Shown here in pieces: positions 39,318-52,700 of a stretch of 64,000 bases of DNA (its first letter is position 1; each line of letters begins with the position of its first letter). The notes beneath the pieces are model-generated. The model did not search any database and was not told the DNA's origin. It saw only the letters and a list, made by a program, of their open reading frames with translations. Both the position numbers and the translations under genes were made by a program. The stretch is from Parasitella parasitica NRRL 2501. Its lineage: Eukaryota; Fungi; Mucoromycota. The stretch is from positions 69,003 to 133,002 of the forward strand of contig MU619265.1 of the NCBI GenBank assembly GCA_025201805.1, written 5' to 3'.

Positions 39318-40031
39318 AATTTTTAGCAGATAAGCAAGTGTGTACAGTTAAAAGGGAATAGCAGAGAAAATAAAAGAAGGCAAAAACATAATGCAGATCT
39401 CTTTAAATAGGCAGGCAAATAATGCAAACAAGCAGGAATATCTATATTTACTAGGCATGCACAATGTACGTTTTTTCTTTTTACTATTTCGATAATGCAG
39501 CTGGGTTACTCTCGCATTCTTTAGATTTGCCTTGTTGACTAAAATTGTGAATGTGACGATTGCCAAGATGATAGACCTGGCAACAATGGCCTGATTTCAA
39601 CGCCTTGGGGTTAGACATAAGGCTAATTGTGATCCAGGCTATATACACATTGGTATTGATCTAAATAAAAATATCTACATGTTATATCGGTGCGTAATAT
39701 TCACTTTATCCTACAGCGCTAACAATACATTTGCTATTCGCCAAAAGTAGCTCGGAATATTAACATTGATGCATAGAAAGCTTCCGTTTAAACCAGCCCA
39801 GCAAAATCCGATATACTCGATTCGTTCACTGAACTCTATCAAGTTGACTAATGTAGTTTTTTTTCACATTGTTGGGCAACTGAAGTAGCCGTCAGTCTAA
39901 AACAATGCTGGCTATTTCTCATGGCCATTCTATGAGGATCAAAATTGTCTTGATTTAGGACGAGTCGCTTCATAATAATCTAAAGTGATAGATGTTTTGT
40001 TGTTGTTGTAATATTATAGAAATAATTGTAT

Positions 40032-40035
<4 letters not shown>

Positions 40036-40064
<29 letters not shown>
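40036..40064. repeat. (CT)n microsatellite
   Basis: Direct dinucleotide run. Confidence 0.95.
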
Positions 40065-40067
<3 letters not shown>

Positions 40068-40246
40068 AGGCAGTACGTTGTTTGTGCAGAGCAGACATAT
40101 CCGAAATAAGAGCTTTTGCGAAACAGATACAGTCCATAACAAGCAAGCACCGATTGGCTGTATCCAAGCACATTTTTCAGATTTCATGGCACGCTGGTAC
40201 TCTTTTAACAACTTGGCTTTTTTTCTTTGCAACATATATTAAAAAG

Positions 40247-42115
40247 ATGTCGACAACAGAATGGACTATATTAGAAAAGTTGCTACTTTCACAAGCAGTG
40301 TACAAGTACGGAGAAGACAATTGGTTTCAAATAGCCAAAAACCTTAAGCACCACGCTTTGCTAGATCGTCCTTCAGACTATTTTAATCAAAAGGTAACAT
40401 CCAGCAAACCGCAAGCAATAAACGAATACTAACAACAAGATCAACATAAGAACTGTTCACATCAATATTACTCAATGGTACGAGACATTAACAAAGAAAA
40501 GTAATGTTTTTAATGTGAAAAAGTACAACTGTCTTGTATATCAACGCATATTTGTTCTTGTAGGAGCAGTTCTTTGTCAAATGATATGCCAGCAGTAGTT
40601 CAATTAGCACGACACCTGTATAATTTAAGACTCGATGAACTGAAAAAGGCTATAAATGAAGACGAAGAAAAGTTTTTGTCGTTAGTGGCAGAGATTGACG
40701 ACATTCGAGCTGGGAAATGGGATAATCAATTGTTAGGCTTATCATCAACTTCCGAAAAGGATGCAACGTCGACAGAAGCAGAATCTGCTAATACGCCTGC
40801 AGAATTAGAAACAAACGCAACAGCGCAGACACAAGCATCGGATAACACAGTTTTGTCGACAACATCCCCAACCACATCTACAAATACATCCGACAAGCAA
40901 TCAACGCCAATCCCAACAGGCCAAAATTTTGATAATTTAGCACAACAAGAAATTGCAGCGGAAGAAGCTGTCAAAGTGGAATCAGAAAATATAGAAAACG
41001 AAACAAGAGATGTTCACACAGAGGATGTGCTTCCAATTATTACCGAAGAACAGCAAAATGATATTACGGAAATTGACGAGAGGCCACCTACCCTAACAAA
41101 TCAAGATGTCAAAACTCCCACTGCAGAGACGCTGCCAAGAGATATCGGATCGACTGAACTTCTTGAAGCTAAACAGCCTTTATCGCCAATAAATCAATCA
41201 AATGCCGAGGATATCAGCGAACCAGTTTCACTAAAACGTCATTTAGATGAAAATGGTGGCGTTGAAGTGTCAGACTTCAAGAGACAGAGGATTGAGAATC
41301 AACCAGCGTTTATCGCGGAAACCGTAGCAGGTAAACCAAACAAGTGTCTGTGGAGATTCTTTTGTTTTTAAAATTGTAGTAGAAAAATTGGCCCAACATA
41401 CAGACAGAGAGGAGGCTAGATACGTAGACAGTAAAAAGAGCAGAGCAGATGAGCATGAACCTCTTCAAATTGATACGAGTAGGACCGACTATTCTACAGG
41501 TAAATGAGTGCAATATGATGGCATCAAAGGGCAGGTATTTATTGTCCTGCGTTTAGATATGAGTCGAGGTACAACACCAGCAGATCTCCGAGATGGAACT
41601 GAGAGCGTTGCAGGCAGCGAGAGTAATGCAGCGACACCTACAAACGAGCGCAGCAGACGAAGGGACGACCAACGAAACAAATCATGGCTTAAAAATATCA
41701 ACCTGCTATGGCGTGAGATTGCGAATCACAAAAACGGCGCCATGTTTATGAATCCTATCAAAGAAAATATCGCTCCACACTACTATGAGATTGTGAAAAG
41801 GCCGATGGATCTCAAAACGATCAAGAACCGGATTCGAGATGGGGTAAAGCACTATTGACATGCCATAAAAGTGTAAAATGCTGATATATGGTTCCTTAGA
41901 TTATCAACTCAACAATTGAATTTGAACGGGATGTTGTGCTTATGCTGAATAATTCTCTCATGTACAACAAGGAAGGCACTGAAGTGTACCAATTAGCCAA
42001 GGAAATGCTGGACGATGCTGTTGAACAGATCAAAGTGTTCAAAATGGCAGACACAGATACAACAGCTAGTTCGCACACTAGAGCTGCTACAAAGAAGAGT
42101 GCTGTGCCTGAATAA
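40247..42115 (+). CDS. BRD8-like Myb/SANT-like + bromodomain protein (NuA4/TIP60-type subunit), multi-exon
   Basis: WTILEKLLLSQAVYKYGEDNW; LRLDELKK...IRAGKWD; bromodomain FMNPIK...APHYYEIVKRPMDLKTIK...EFERDVVLMLNNSLMYN. Confidence 0.85.
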
Positions 42116-42302
42116 GCGCTTGATGGTAAAAGGGGTATATGTATTCGGTATTTTATTTGCTTTGGTGTGTGTGTCCTATATAGTATAAATATATTCATAA
42201 TCTGATTCGAGTAAATAATAATGATGATAAGTTGGCATGCCAAACAGTCTTTTTTTCTTTTCTTTTCTTTTCTTTTCTTATTTTTTTTTGGTGTTAAAAA
42301 GC

Positions 42303-44648
42303 TCAAGTTTTGGCCATGTTGTTTTTATGATTGTGGTTGTGGTTGTGGTTGTGGTGTCCACGAGCCTGCCGCGACTTTTCAAATTCACCGTCCATCATTG
42401 TACTAGAATCCAACTCATCTTCGTCCAAAGTTTCAAGTGCATAACCCTGCCATTCATGTTCTTGAACCTTGAGTGCACTTTCTCTTTGCCAGGTAGCTTC
42501 CATTTTAGTTGCATGGTAGCCTTTCCATTCCTCAGATGTCTCTGACTGAGAAGATGCACGGCGAGGACTACCTGTGCTGCTAATAGGTCCAGGGTAGCCG
42601 TTCCAAACCTCTTCAATCTCTTCGTCTTTCTGGCCAGAAGGGACAGGATATCCACCCCATTTTTCGGATTCCGTGTTTGTGTTTGATGCTGCTTCAGGGA
42701 TTGGGTACCCAAACCACTGCTCATCTGTGGTGTTTGTAGTGACGCTATTGGCTTTTTCCTTTTTACCAGGAACAAATTCGGGTGCTGTAGGGGACAATCT
42801 AGACTTTTCTTTGCAAACAGAGGTGGAGTCGGATTGAGAAGCACCTGGAGAGGCGTGTGAGGTCTTTATTTCCTGAGAATCGTCTGTAGACGCAATTTGC
42901 TGATTCTTGGTAACATCCACTTTTTTCAATCCCGTGTCTTGATTTTCAACTTGTTTTAGCTCAATAAGCTCCTCGACGTTGTTGGGCTCATCAGACAAAG
43001 GATCCGATGCACTTTCTGCTTTTACTGCGCAAGCTTCAGCATGATGCTCTTTAGGCGGCTCATTCGAAAGCTCTTGTTCAACTGCAGCAGTGGCCTCTGT
43101 TGTTGCTGGATGTAGTGTAACCTCGTGCTCGTCAATTACTGTTTCCTCAAGATCGTCCGACGATTTATTTGCAGGTTCATTACTGACAGTTGCTTCAAAT
43201 GCTTCAGGTCTGCCTGCATCGCTGCCATTCTGATCGTCGTCGTCATTTTCACTATCAGAAACATTATGTTTAGACAGAGTACTTTCAACAGACATGTCGA
43301 CTAATTCTTGCTCTATTGAGTCATCTTGATGATCTAACGGCACAACGCTGGTGCGTCTGGAAGCAGCTTTACTGACTGGTGGCTGAATGAACCTGGTCTC
43401 TTCAAATTCATCTGAATCACAAGTGATTGTTTCTCCCGCTTTCAGAGGCTCCACCTCCATACTTTCATTAATGAGTTGATCTTTACGGAGATAAGCACGT
43501 GATACAAGCCAGTGATGAGTAAGCTGTTCTCCAGGTGCTAAATGATTGAGGTTGGCTACAGGAATAACGGCAGCACGTAGGCCTTCAATGTGAATAGCCT
43601 TGTTAGCGCTGGCGGCCATTGAGGCTCGCTTATTGTTGGGTTTCATTTGAAATAGTCCACCGGCTGAGAGAATTTCTTCCAACGAAAGGTCGCTTGTGCA
43701 GATATTTTGCTGGCATAATTCTAAAATCGATAACTCCATATTGAGCTTGCGAGCACCAGGAGCAGAGAGGACAATATCACCCAGGGATAGCTGATCATCA
43801 TTATCACCAGCAGTATACGCAGTAGCGATGGAGCGAATAGATAGTAAATGGGGCTGTATCCAAGGCACGGCGATCATCATGCTTCCGTGTCCTTGCACAT
43901 ACATTTCCAACTTGCTTCTTAATGCTACTTGGTATGCTGCATAGCTCTTGGCGGGAGACACTAGGTTTGCCAGCTCGCGGAACATGTCTTTTGTCCGAGA
44001 ATTGCTGCAATTATGCCACAGCTTTTTGTTTAATCTTCTCACCTCAGGGAATGTGAGTGCCTTCATGATGGCAGCGAAGCCAGAGAAATCGCGATATGCA
44101 TGCAGCAGTAAATAAGCCACACGCACAAAGTGAGTGACGAGAGAGTCCTTTGTGGGATGCACAGGCGGTACTACATCAGCAGCAAGCTCTAAATTACTCA
44201 CAAGCTCGGCCCAGTAAATGAGCTGATGGGCAACGCTGTGTGCCAAATAATGATGAAAATCAACTAAACGGTTGAGTTTGGTCTGCTCCTTGTCCAGTTG
44301 CGAAAGGGAGCGCTTATCCAGGAATGCATTGCCATAAAGTTGGCAATCGATAACTGCGATCTGGCGGGCGAGTGCATCCGAGTCCCAGAACAACGCAGTT
44401 GCTGCTTCCACAGATTGCATTTTGCGAGTAAGTGAGTTGAGGCGATGAGCTTCCACTTTTGAAGTTTCTAGCAGACCCCTTAGTACACCTACTTGAACAG
44501 GAGGGTTTGCCTTTTTGGCCTCTGTTAGTTTCTCGGTGGCCACATTAAGCGCATTAGAACATATGATATAGGATTGGGCGATAGGAGACAACGGGATTAC
44601 AGGAAGACCATTAGTCGCATCAGTGTTGTTATTGGCTGTGGACGCCAT
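42303..44648 (-). CDS. RasGEF (Cdc25)-like domain protein with an acidic tail, PAM2-like motif and W-x-G-Y repeats
   Basis: LARQIAVID, HFVRVAYLLLHAYRDFSGFAAIMKAL..PEVRRL, SYAAYQ, AVPWIQPHL resemble the Cdc25 catalytic domain; single 781-aa ORF. Confidence 0.75.
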   Translation of the reverse strand: MASTANNNTDATNGLPVIPLSPIAQSYIICSNALNVATEKLTEAKKANPPVQVGVLRGLLETSKVEAHRLNSLTRKMQSVEAATALFWDSDALARQIAVIDCQLYGNAFLDKRSLSQLDKEQTKLNRLVDFHHYLAHSVAHQLIYWAELVSNLELAADVVPPVHPTKDSLVTHFVRVAYLLLHAYRDFSGFAAIMKALTFPEVRRLNKKLWHNCSNSRTKDMFRELANLVSPAKSYAAYQVALRSKLEMYVQGHGSMMIAVPWIQPHLLSIRSIATAYTAGDNDDQLSLGDIVLSAPGARKLNMELSILELCQQNICTSDLSLEEILSAGGLFQMKPNNKRASMAASANKAIHIEGLRAAVIPVANLNHLAPGEQLTHHWLVSRAYLRKDQLINESMEVEPLKAGETITCDSDEFEETRFIQPPVSKAASRRTSVVPLDHQDDSIEQELVDMSVESTLSKHNVSDSENDDDDQNGSDAGRPEAFEATVSNEPANKSSDDLEETVIDEHEVTLHPATTEATAAVEQELSNEPPKEHHAEACAVKAESASDPLSDEPNNVEELIELKQVENQDTGLKKVDVTKNQQIASTDDSQEIKTSHASPGASQSDSTSVCKEKSRLSPTAPEFVPGKKEKANSVTTNTTDEQWFGYPIPEAASNTNTESEKWGGYPVPSGQKDEEIEEVWNGYPGPISSTGSPRRASSQSETSEEWKGYHATKMEATWQRESALKVQEHEWQGYALETLDEDELDSSTMMDGEFEKSRQARGHHNHNHNHNHKNNMAKT

Positions 44649-44845
44649 TTTGTCTGTTGAATATAATAAAGCCGATTATTGTAGAGGAAGAGAAAAAGAA
44701 AAGAAAAAGAGAGGGCGAGCCATGAGTGTGAAAACACGGGATGTCTCATTTTAAATAAAGAGGAGTGTGGAGTTTGTTTATTCTTGTGCTTCCCACTCTT
44801 TTGATTATCCTCTTTCCTTCTAGAACTATGGCATTCTGCATTATC

Positions 44846-46500
44846 ATGCTTGAAGTACCATTTGAGGTTGTAGAACAGATAGTAACTGCTCTGCCCAGTG
44901 ACACCAAAATCCAGTGTTTATTTGTATCCAAAAGATGGCATGCAGGTTATTGGCCTACACCGATTCTTCTTCCGTGCGGCGATAATCAAGCAGAGAAGAC
45001 AACTGGAGCAATTTATGCGTGTTATCATTAGTTCAAAATAAAGTTCCCGCTGCCAGCGTCCGAGAGTTCTACTATTTGCATCCGTCAGCCTTGACGATCA
45101 AAGATATTTAACTAATCGGCACGCATTGTTCGTATATCGAAATGCTTAAATTTGAATCGTGGAAACATTACAAACCATTTGCATTATCTCAATTCAAGAA
45201 TATTGAGCAAATGCCATTCTTCACGATTAAGTCTAGCAAGTCTTTGTCTCTTGCAAGATGGGCTAACACGGCTCATTAGCATCTATGACAACCTAACCCG
45301 CCTATATGTCCAAGGATGCTACGACGTGTTAACACACTCCTCTAAGATATAAATCGGTTTTGCTACCTGGAACACGATCCACTTGGAATGCAAACGTCTA
45401 ACAAGCGTTCGGTTCAGGATAGTGACGCTTACGGCTAGCTACTGAATTGCAAATCGAAACAATGAAGAAAATGATCCCAACGCAATGCGGTTCCGGTAAA
45501 GCCAAAAATGAAGCGTCTGGCCTTGAGACGCTTAGACCTCTGGCTGTCTTGCTTTAGTAGAATGTATCTGAAGCCATCATTGCTGGATTTGCATTTTCGA
45601 CCAAACTGGTTAAGAATTTAACCAGGACCTTTGCCATAGGACATCTATTGACATGGCCTACCAGATGATTAGCCTCCACACGCTTATCTTGGACTCTGTC
45701 GAGGTATCCCGTTTCACGGGACAAGACTTTTTTTAAGCATCCTAAAAGAAAAGCAAGTGTGTAGAGATGCGCTAACTTTCAGATATAAGGCGGACAAATT
45801 CTTTTCTGGAAACATGTTTGATGAATGCACACTCAAGTCGATTGTCAATGGTCAGCGCTGTTCCCTCAAGGCATTAGGTGTCAATATGTGGATTGGGTCA
45901 CACCATAATTTTGAAGAATTCTTAAGGCCCTTGTCGCTCTGCTCTCAACTTATTGAATTGAAGCTTTGCAGCGATGACGATGTCAATTTCAATTACAATC
46001 CTGTCTCTATCGATATGATTTTGGATCAATGCTCCCGCTTAACAAAATTGGGATAAGACCACTGTGCCTTGGTCATCAACGACAAACATCCTATGCACGG
46101 TACTTATCCATTGAAGAAACTCCATCTCTCGGTTTGCCGTATACCTACCTTATTTTGCTTACACTCAGATCTAGACCCAATCCCAATCCGATAGCCTTGT
46201 CTATTTGTCACAATAAGAGCAGCTTTGGTACTTATCACCACCCGTAAACAAGCCATTTGCATGTTTTAACAGCAGAAAAGCTATTGTACATGGCAAGCAA
46301 AGAAATGGGTATATTTTGAAGAGCAAAACGTTTCTATCTTTCAAATATAGATGTCATCCGTCGGAAACAGCCAAGTATGAAATATAGCTTGCTGGTTGCT
46401 CCTTATTCAAAAATGTACGCACTTGGATGCGTTATTTGTGTTTTCTGTACCCAGCAGTTGATGTATATAGACATAAAACGAGAACAAAACACCCGTTTTG
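44846..46500 (+). pseudogene. F-box/LRR protein pseudogene
   Basis: F-box start MLEVPFEVVEQIVTALPSDTKIQCLFVSKRWH; downstream LRR-like pieces (LSLCSQLIELKL, MILDQCSRLTKL) are broken by many frameshifts and stops. The end is approximate. Confidence 0.7.
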
Positions 46501-48254
46501 TGCTTCGTGATTATTACTACCTGCTGAGTGGAACTTGATTTCCACCAAAAGCTATGTTTTTGTGCTACATGATCATAAATAACAGATATTGGCTCATAAA
46601 TTCTGCTGAAAGCACAGTAGAACCGAGATCAAACTTGGAGAACATAGTGTTGACTCGCCACTATCTGATAATAACACAAATTTACATATCAAAATTGGAT
46701 GTAGTCGCTGATAGGCTGCGATAAAAAGCAAAATAAACTCTATCTTATGCACCATCGAAACAGGCATGGTTATATCGCTATCTGAGCATAACTTGATTTC
46801 CCTCGGGCGACCTGTCTATCAAAAATTATGTGCAAGAACAGTTTTTTTGTTTCATAATGAATATTAGATATTTGGTGATAAACTCTACTAAAAGCACTGC
46901 AGAATAGCAGAACCGCGATCCAACTTGGAAATCTTAGCGTTGACTTGGCGTTTCTATCCGGCAACAACAAATTCAAGAAAACAGATATATTCTTTGTAAA
47001 TGGATTACTTGGCGAAATAGATAATGACCCTCTTTTGACTCTGTTGCTATTGCAAATATGATACTCCCACGTACAAGGTCACCATGCAAATTGGCTGCCC
47101 TCTGGAAATTTTGCCTGCTAAGGTTCTGGTAGAACGATTTTGCATTGGACACGCACTATTATTTATTAACTGTAAACAATACCCAGAGAACTGGGATGTC
47201 TACCGACTCTAACATCTGCAACATTCTAACAAGGTAAAATATTAAAACGAGGTAAAACCCACCGCCATCATCGAGTATGACAGAATGGCGATATAAAACA
47301 TCTTTGCTTCTGAAGCGAAACAGGCTTGTGGTAGTACCGTGATGCGGCACAGACCAGCTTATCGAATAAACAATTATACATATTTTGAGAAAAAAAGAGG
47401 CGGGCTAGTTGTTTATTTTTTCAGTACCTTATCAATTCCTAAAATAGTGTTATGATAAAGAGTGCGACGTTTATCGCACGGTATAATGCAAACGACCATG
47501 TAAAATACATTTTATACGCATTGCTATTTGTGGATGCACAATTTTAACAGCAAACTGCTACCTTTTTGATATATAAAATCGTGCGCTTTCAATAGATACT
47601 TCGAATGATACATGGATCTAAAAGACATTGTACACCCATGACGACGACAAAAACTAAATTAGTAAAAATCAAGAAATCGGCTGACGTTCGTTGCTACCTA
47701 AGTTCAGCTTTTAGACCACCTTTTGATAATAAAATAGCTCAAATAGTACATTAGGTCACAACCGATTGCTCAAGTATCAGTATACATTGTATTCTATAGC
47801 GACAAGTAATGACATATGCACAATAATGTTTATTGAGGTATAGACATTTGATGCTTTGAAATAAATTTTAAAATGAATCATCAAGACGGTTTGACTCGAG
47901 TGATTATTCAAATTTATTGTGCATCTATTTATTGAAGAAAAAGCGTAAAAAATAGCTACAGTACATAATTAGACTAAGCAAGTAGTTATTGGATGACTTT
48001 TGTTTCGTCCAAGAAGAATGGCTTTTGAGCGAAACAGACAGAACAACGGATTGTGTACGCTTTTGGGTTTGCTACAAAACCGTGTTTGGTCTAGTTAAAT
48101 ATGTTACAAAAGACTTAATTTTGGTTGCTGTATGTACAAAATTTTTTTATATAAAAGTTTAGAAATGAAAGGGAAAAAAGCAAAAAGGGCTAGGATATAT
48201 GTCTAAAGTGAATGCAACGTCTTGCGAATAATGAAGATAGATATGATAGAGGAA

Positions 48255-48659
48255 TTATTCATAAGATAAAGGAGGTGAACAAAGATCAAATTCGTTTGGG
48301 CTAATCTTGCTTGCAAAAAATCTTCTTTCTTGCAAATTTTGCATTTGACAGATAACTTGATATTCTTTCATTTTCATCTTTGATTCTTCTTGGCGACGTC
48401 TATCTTCTTCAACTTTGCATAACTGTATTAACTGAACAATATCAGGTTGTGAATCAAACTGTGATAAAAGCTGGCACCAATTGTTGACACTGGCTCTTCT
48501 TGTTGGCTCAGTTAGCTGTTGATCACTCAAATCTGACGTGATACTTAATTTTCTGCAACTATCTCTCCTTTCAATGAAGATGCCAGCCGTGGTTTCAAGT
48601 GGATGTAAGTATGAGTTGCTATAAAAACTTGAATTGTTTATGGTGCTTGTAGGAGACAT
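48255..48659 (-). CDS. Small hypothetical protein with a charged helix (CKVEEDRRRQEESK)
   Basis: Clean 134-aa ORF with an upstream TATAAAA-like element, RRxS motifs and an AT-rich 3' region. Confidence 0.6.
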   Translation of the reverse strand: MSPTSTINNSSFYSNSYLHPLETTAGIFIERRDSCRKLSITSDLSDQQLTEPTRRASVNNWCQLLSQFDSQPDIVQLIQLCKVEEDRRRQEESKMKMKEYQVICQMQNLQERRFFASKISPNEFDLCSPPLSYE

Positions 48660-49724
48660 GCTAAAATTTGTAGTCTAAGGAAAAAGTGAAGGATATGTTA
48701 GGAAGATAACATTTAGAAATTAAGTGGAGCTTTTATACCGATATGGAAGATGTCCTATTCCAGGGGCGGAAAGGGCATTAGCCAGACCCTTAATTTCCCG
48801 CCACTTACTTGGTATATCTCGCGTAATCTTATCGATCGTAGCAGACACTTGAGTATGTTATCATTGACTAAAGATATTAAACTATTAGCAACAACCATCC
48901 AAAATAAATGTTTTCAGTTGCTATCAATTTCTTTTCGTAATTTATCAACCCAATCCACGTATCTAGATATTCAAATGTGCTGATGTATAAATCTTTGGTA
49001 AATCAAACGTAAATTCCCGTATTCTCCCGCCAAATAACATTTCAAGCTTTTGCCACTTTATTATTCTGAAATGTTTATCTGGAACATTGACCTTGAAATA
49101 TTTGATTCCCTTATCATCATCATTTTAATAATTTACAACAACGGCATCTTCCCGAATTAAATAGCTAATCAAAGCGTCATAAGAAAGCTGTTCCTCTTAA
49201 TTTGGAAAGCTGTATTTTGGACTTATCTTACCGGAATGTATGTGATTTATCTAGATAAAAAAAGCATACAATTGAACAGATATGTTGTGACATGAAAAAT
49301 GAGTGCCTATCTCTGCTCATATTTGTGGATTCTCATTTTATACAAAGATCGTTCCAGGACAACCATTTTCTGCGGCTATGACTACGTAAGTTTTGATTCT
49401 TTCAGATTGGTTTGTTTGGCGCTCGATTAGCACAAGTGGGCCTATTTAATGTTTCGGTGTTAATCATGCTTTAAAGTGAGCTTTACATCTGCTTTTATTG
49501 TTGAGTCTATGAAAAAATTAGCTACACCACTTAAAATGTATTCTTCTGATACACAGAAGAGGATTTATAAAAGTGCATTGGAAATTAATTTAAAGGCAGT
49601 GGATAGGTGTGCGAGACATCTTTCCCAAAACACGGTATATGTAGCGACAAATGGACACTATACAGTACCATAACTAAAAAAAAATATTTTTAGAAAAAAA
49701 ATATTTTATTTCCTTCAATTAAAA

Positions 49725-52700
49725 ATGCAAAATAGTCGAAAACCTTCCTAATTCAGAAGGTAATAACTGAATATTTCCCTACATTTGAGACAGTAAAATT
49801 AAATCCTGACTTGCCACGAAATCTCGTTATTATTAGAGCCCTGAAGTTAGAAATCATGTATAAACCTTCACATTTTCGATTTATTCTATTAAAAAACAAT
49901 ACATATCAACCATTATTTAGCTTGTTAATAATGTGCCAACTATGTCATTCGCTTTTAATGGTCGCAAAAGACGCCTTATTGCTATTAATGATGAAGAAGA
50001 ACAAATCCCAGATCAGTCGTGAGTCTTGCGGACAAATCAGCACTTGAACAGCCAATTTACTTTCATGATGCATGCACTCAACAACAATCATAACCAAGAA
50101 GTTATGCATAAATCTCACCATAATTCTCTGTTAAATGCAATGTCTTTTCAGTTACATCAGCAAAATCGACGACTAAAGACAAGACAGCAACGAGACATAA
50201 TCCAAACATTGAAAACAAGCCAGTGATTCCTGAAATTGCAGCTACAGCTTGCTTTGGCAGGCTAGGGACACGGTAGATTGATAAATTGAGATTCTGGACC
50301 AACAAAGGTAAAAACTGGTTGCAAACACGACATCCCATCCAAAACTCGAAGGTTTTCTTTTCTTAGCGTTATTGTATGTCTGCCGCCAAACATGAAGTTC
50401 AAAAAAAACAGTTAGAATGTTACGTTGCAGGCTCAGCTATCATCAATCCTCCAGCTTCGTTTCTAAAGCCATCCAGTGGGCTTCGAAGCAAAGTCCAGAC
50501 ATCCAAAGAGAAAACGGATTACTGGAATGCCCTGCAGTTGCAATTTCGAATCTGTCTTCTATGCTCAATTGTACATTGCAGAAAGAAAAATGGAGACTAT
50601 GATGAGCTGTATATCTCTTTATTGAAAAGTACTAAAATACATAAAGGCGTAGTGCAAGAAGCAGAAGCAAAAATCAAGAGTCCAGGAAAAATCACAACGA
50701 TGTTAAGCACTGTGTATACACAGAATAAAAAGGCTGGAAGCCCAAAGAAGAATTATGAGTACTGGACAGAATTTGTGGAGAAGAACTTCCAGTCTCTTTT
50801 GGATTTACCAGAAAAGAATGATGGTAGCAATGATGATAAAGACAGTGAAGATAGTGAAGATGAAGACAATGATGANNNNNNNNNNTTTGCTGAGTATACA
50901 TTTGAATCTAATGACGGCAACATTGAACTTGTCTACGATGGTGGAAACAGCATTGCGTCAATATTGCCAGAAGGGTATTTAGAGAAAGACATCACTGTAC
51001 CAAAGCCATTAGATTCCAGCTCTCTTCACAATGACGAGTTCAATGCTTATTATCAATCGCTGTTTCTAGAACCCCACTTGGAACAAATGCACTCAACATA
51101 CTATGGTCAAGTGGGTATTGAAGAGTCCACCCTTGAAAAGTCGCCTCTCCACAAGGCAATTGTAAACGTTTTGGGTCGTGATGAAGCCAACCCACATCAA
51201 AATTTGTCCTCGCACATTATGAAGATGGCTCGCCAACAGTATTGCACGAATCTTCGTATTATGTGGTCCGAAAATACTATTGTCAGCAAGCTACTTAGAA
51301 AGCTCTTGAACTTCTTGCTGTTGATTCATTTATCTCCCGATCAAGACCATGCTATCAAGGCGAAGAAGACTGAAAGAGAATCGACCAAGCTTCGAAAAAA
51401 CCATAAAGGCAAACAGAGAGTGACAAATTGCAGTATCCCAATGGCAGAAATTTCAGTGCTGAACAAGACAAAAAATGGAAGACGAAAGCTGTTTTCTGAT
51501 GAAAAGAAGCTAAAAGCCAAGTATGAAGAGAAAGGGAAGCATGAGGCAACAGATATGTGCCAAATGAGAATCGATACATATGAGCAAGTACTTAAAAGAG
51601 AGGTAGGGGTCGTCTGGTTTTCAAAGGAAGTCATAATGTCGTAACTCGGAATGTATGTAGCAAGCGGAAAGAGACAGAAATCCAAGACAGCAACAGCAAC
51701 AGCAGCAGCAGCAACAGCAGCAGCAGCAGAAGCAAGGAAAGCGTCAAGAAAGCGATACTGATGATAGAGAGGACTACGAAAAAGGGAACAATACTAATGT
51801 CTCTAGAAAAAGAATCAGTCAGTTAGTCAACATTGCAAGATCAGCATTGTTTGCCACGCAAGATATCACAGACGCATACCTCCAAGATCAGGATGAACAC
51901 ATCACCACACAAGAATCTGCAACAATCATCAAAATTACTAGCTTCATTCAGCCATACATACCATCAAGCGAGACTTATCATCTCCTTCCATGCCAACTCA
52001 AGTTCATCTTGATGGCAAACCAAGTACTGCGCTCTATCGGCTATGAAGGCCAAGTTGCTAAATTTATGCACTTTTGTGCTCGAGAAAACTTTCAAAACGG
52101 ATGCATCTTCGAGATTTTCAAGGCAATTACGTAAAGCATAAAGACGCCAACGCTAAAAAAGATGCCGTCTTTAGCAGTTTCTTTAGCATTGACAAACTGA
52201 AAAGCGTGACATCAAGCTATGGTATGGAGTTTGTAAATAGAATACACATCTTACCAGGATCGAAGACTGTCAGATTGTATGGCAGCATTGGCCATTTCAA
52301 GTCTAGTCGCAGGAACCCAGAAACAAAAAGCAAGCTGAGCCATCATACAGATGACGACCAGTTACGAGCTATGAAGGCTCAAAAGAAGGAGCTCGATAAG
52401 TCCCTCAGGGATCGCACAAACGAATTGTATCAGTTTCTTCAAGACAACGACAGTGTTCGTGGTCTCAAGAAAGCTTGGAGAGCCAACTTTGAAGAGCAAA
52501 AACAATGTTATGAGAAAGTCAAAGATGCCCAAGAAAGTGACAAAACTTCTGATCTTACGAAGACTTGGAAGGCTAAAGTTGAAGAAAACGACGAGCGCTA
52601 TCGGAATGTGGAATCAGTAAAGTTAAGGATTAATGGTGGCTATTCGAGATACAAAAGAGAGGCTTCAGTCCCTGCGGCGAGAGATTTATGAATATGGAAA

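Noticed and set aside
48715-49540. Short TAAGTGG/AAGTGGG matches as left TIRs of the Fanzor element
   Set aside because: Matches of only ~7 bp are expected by chance; the left end cannot be defined from one copy.
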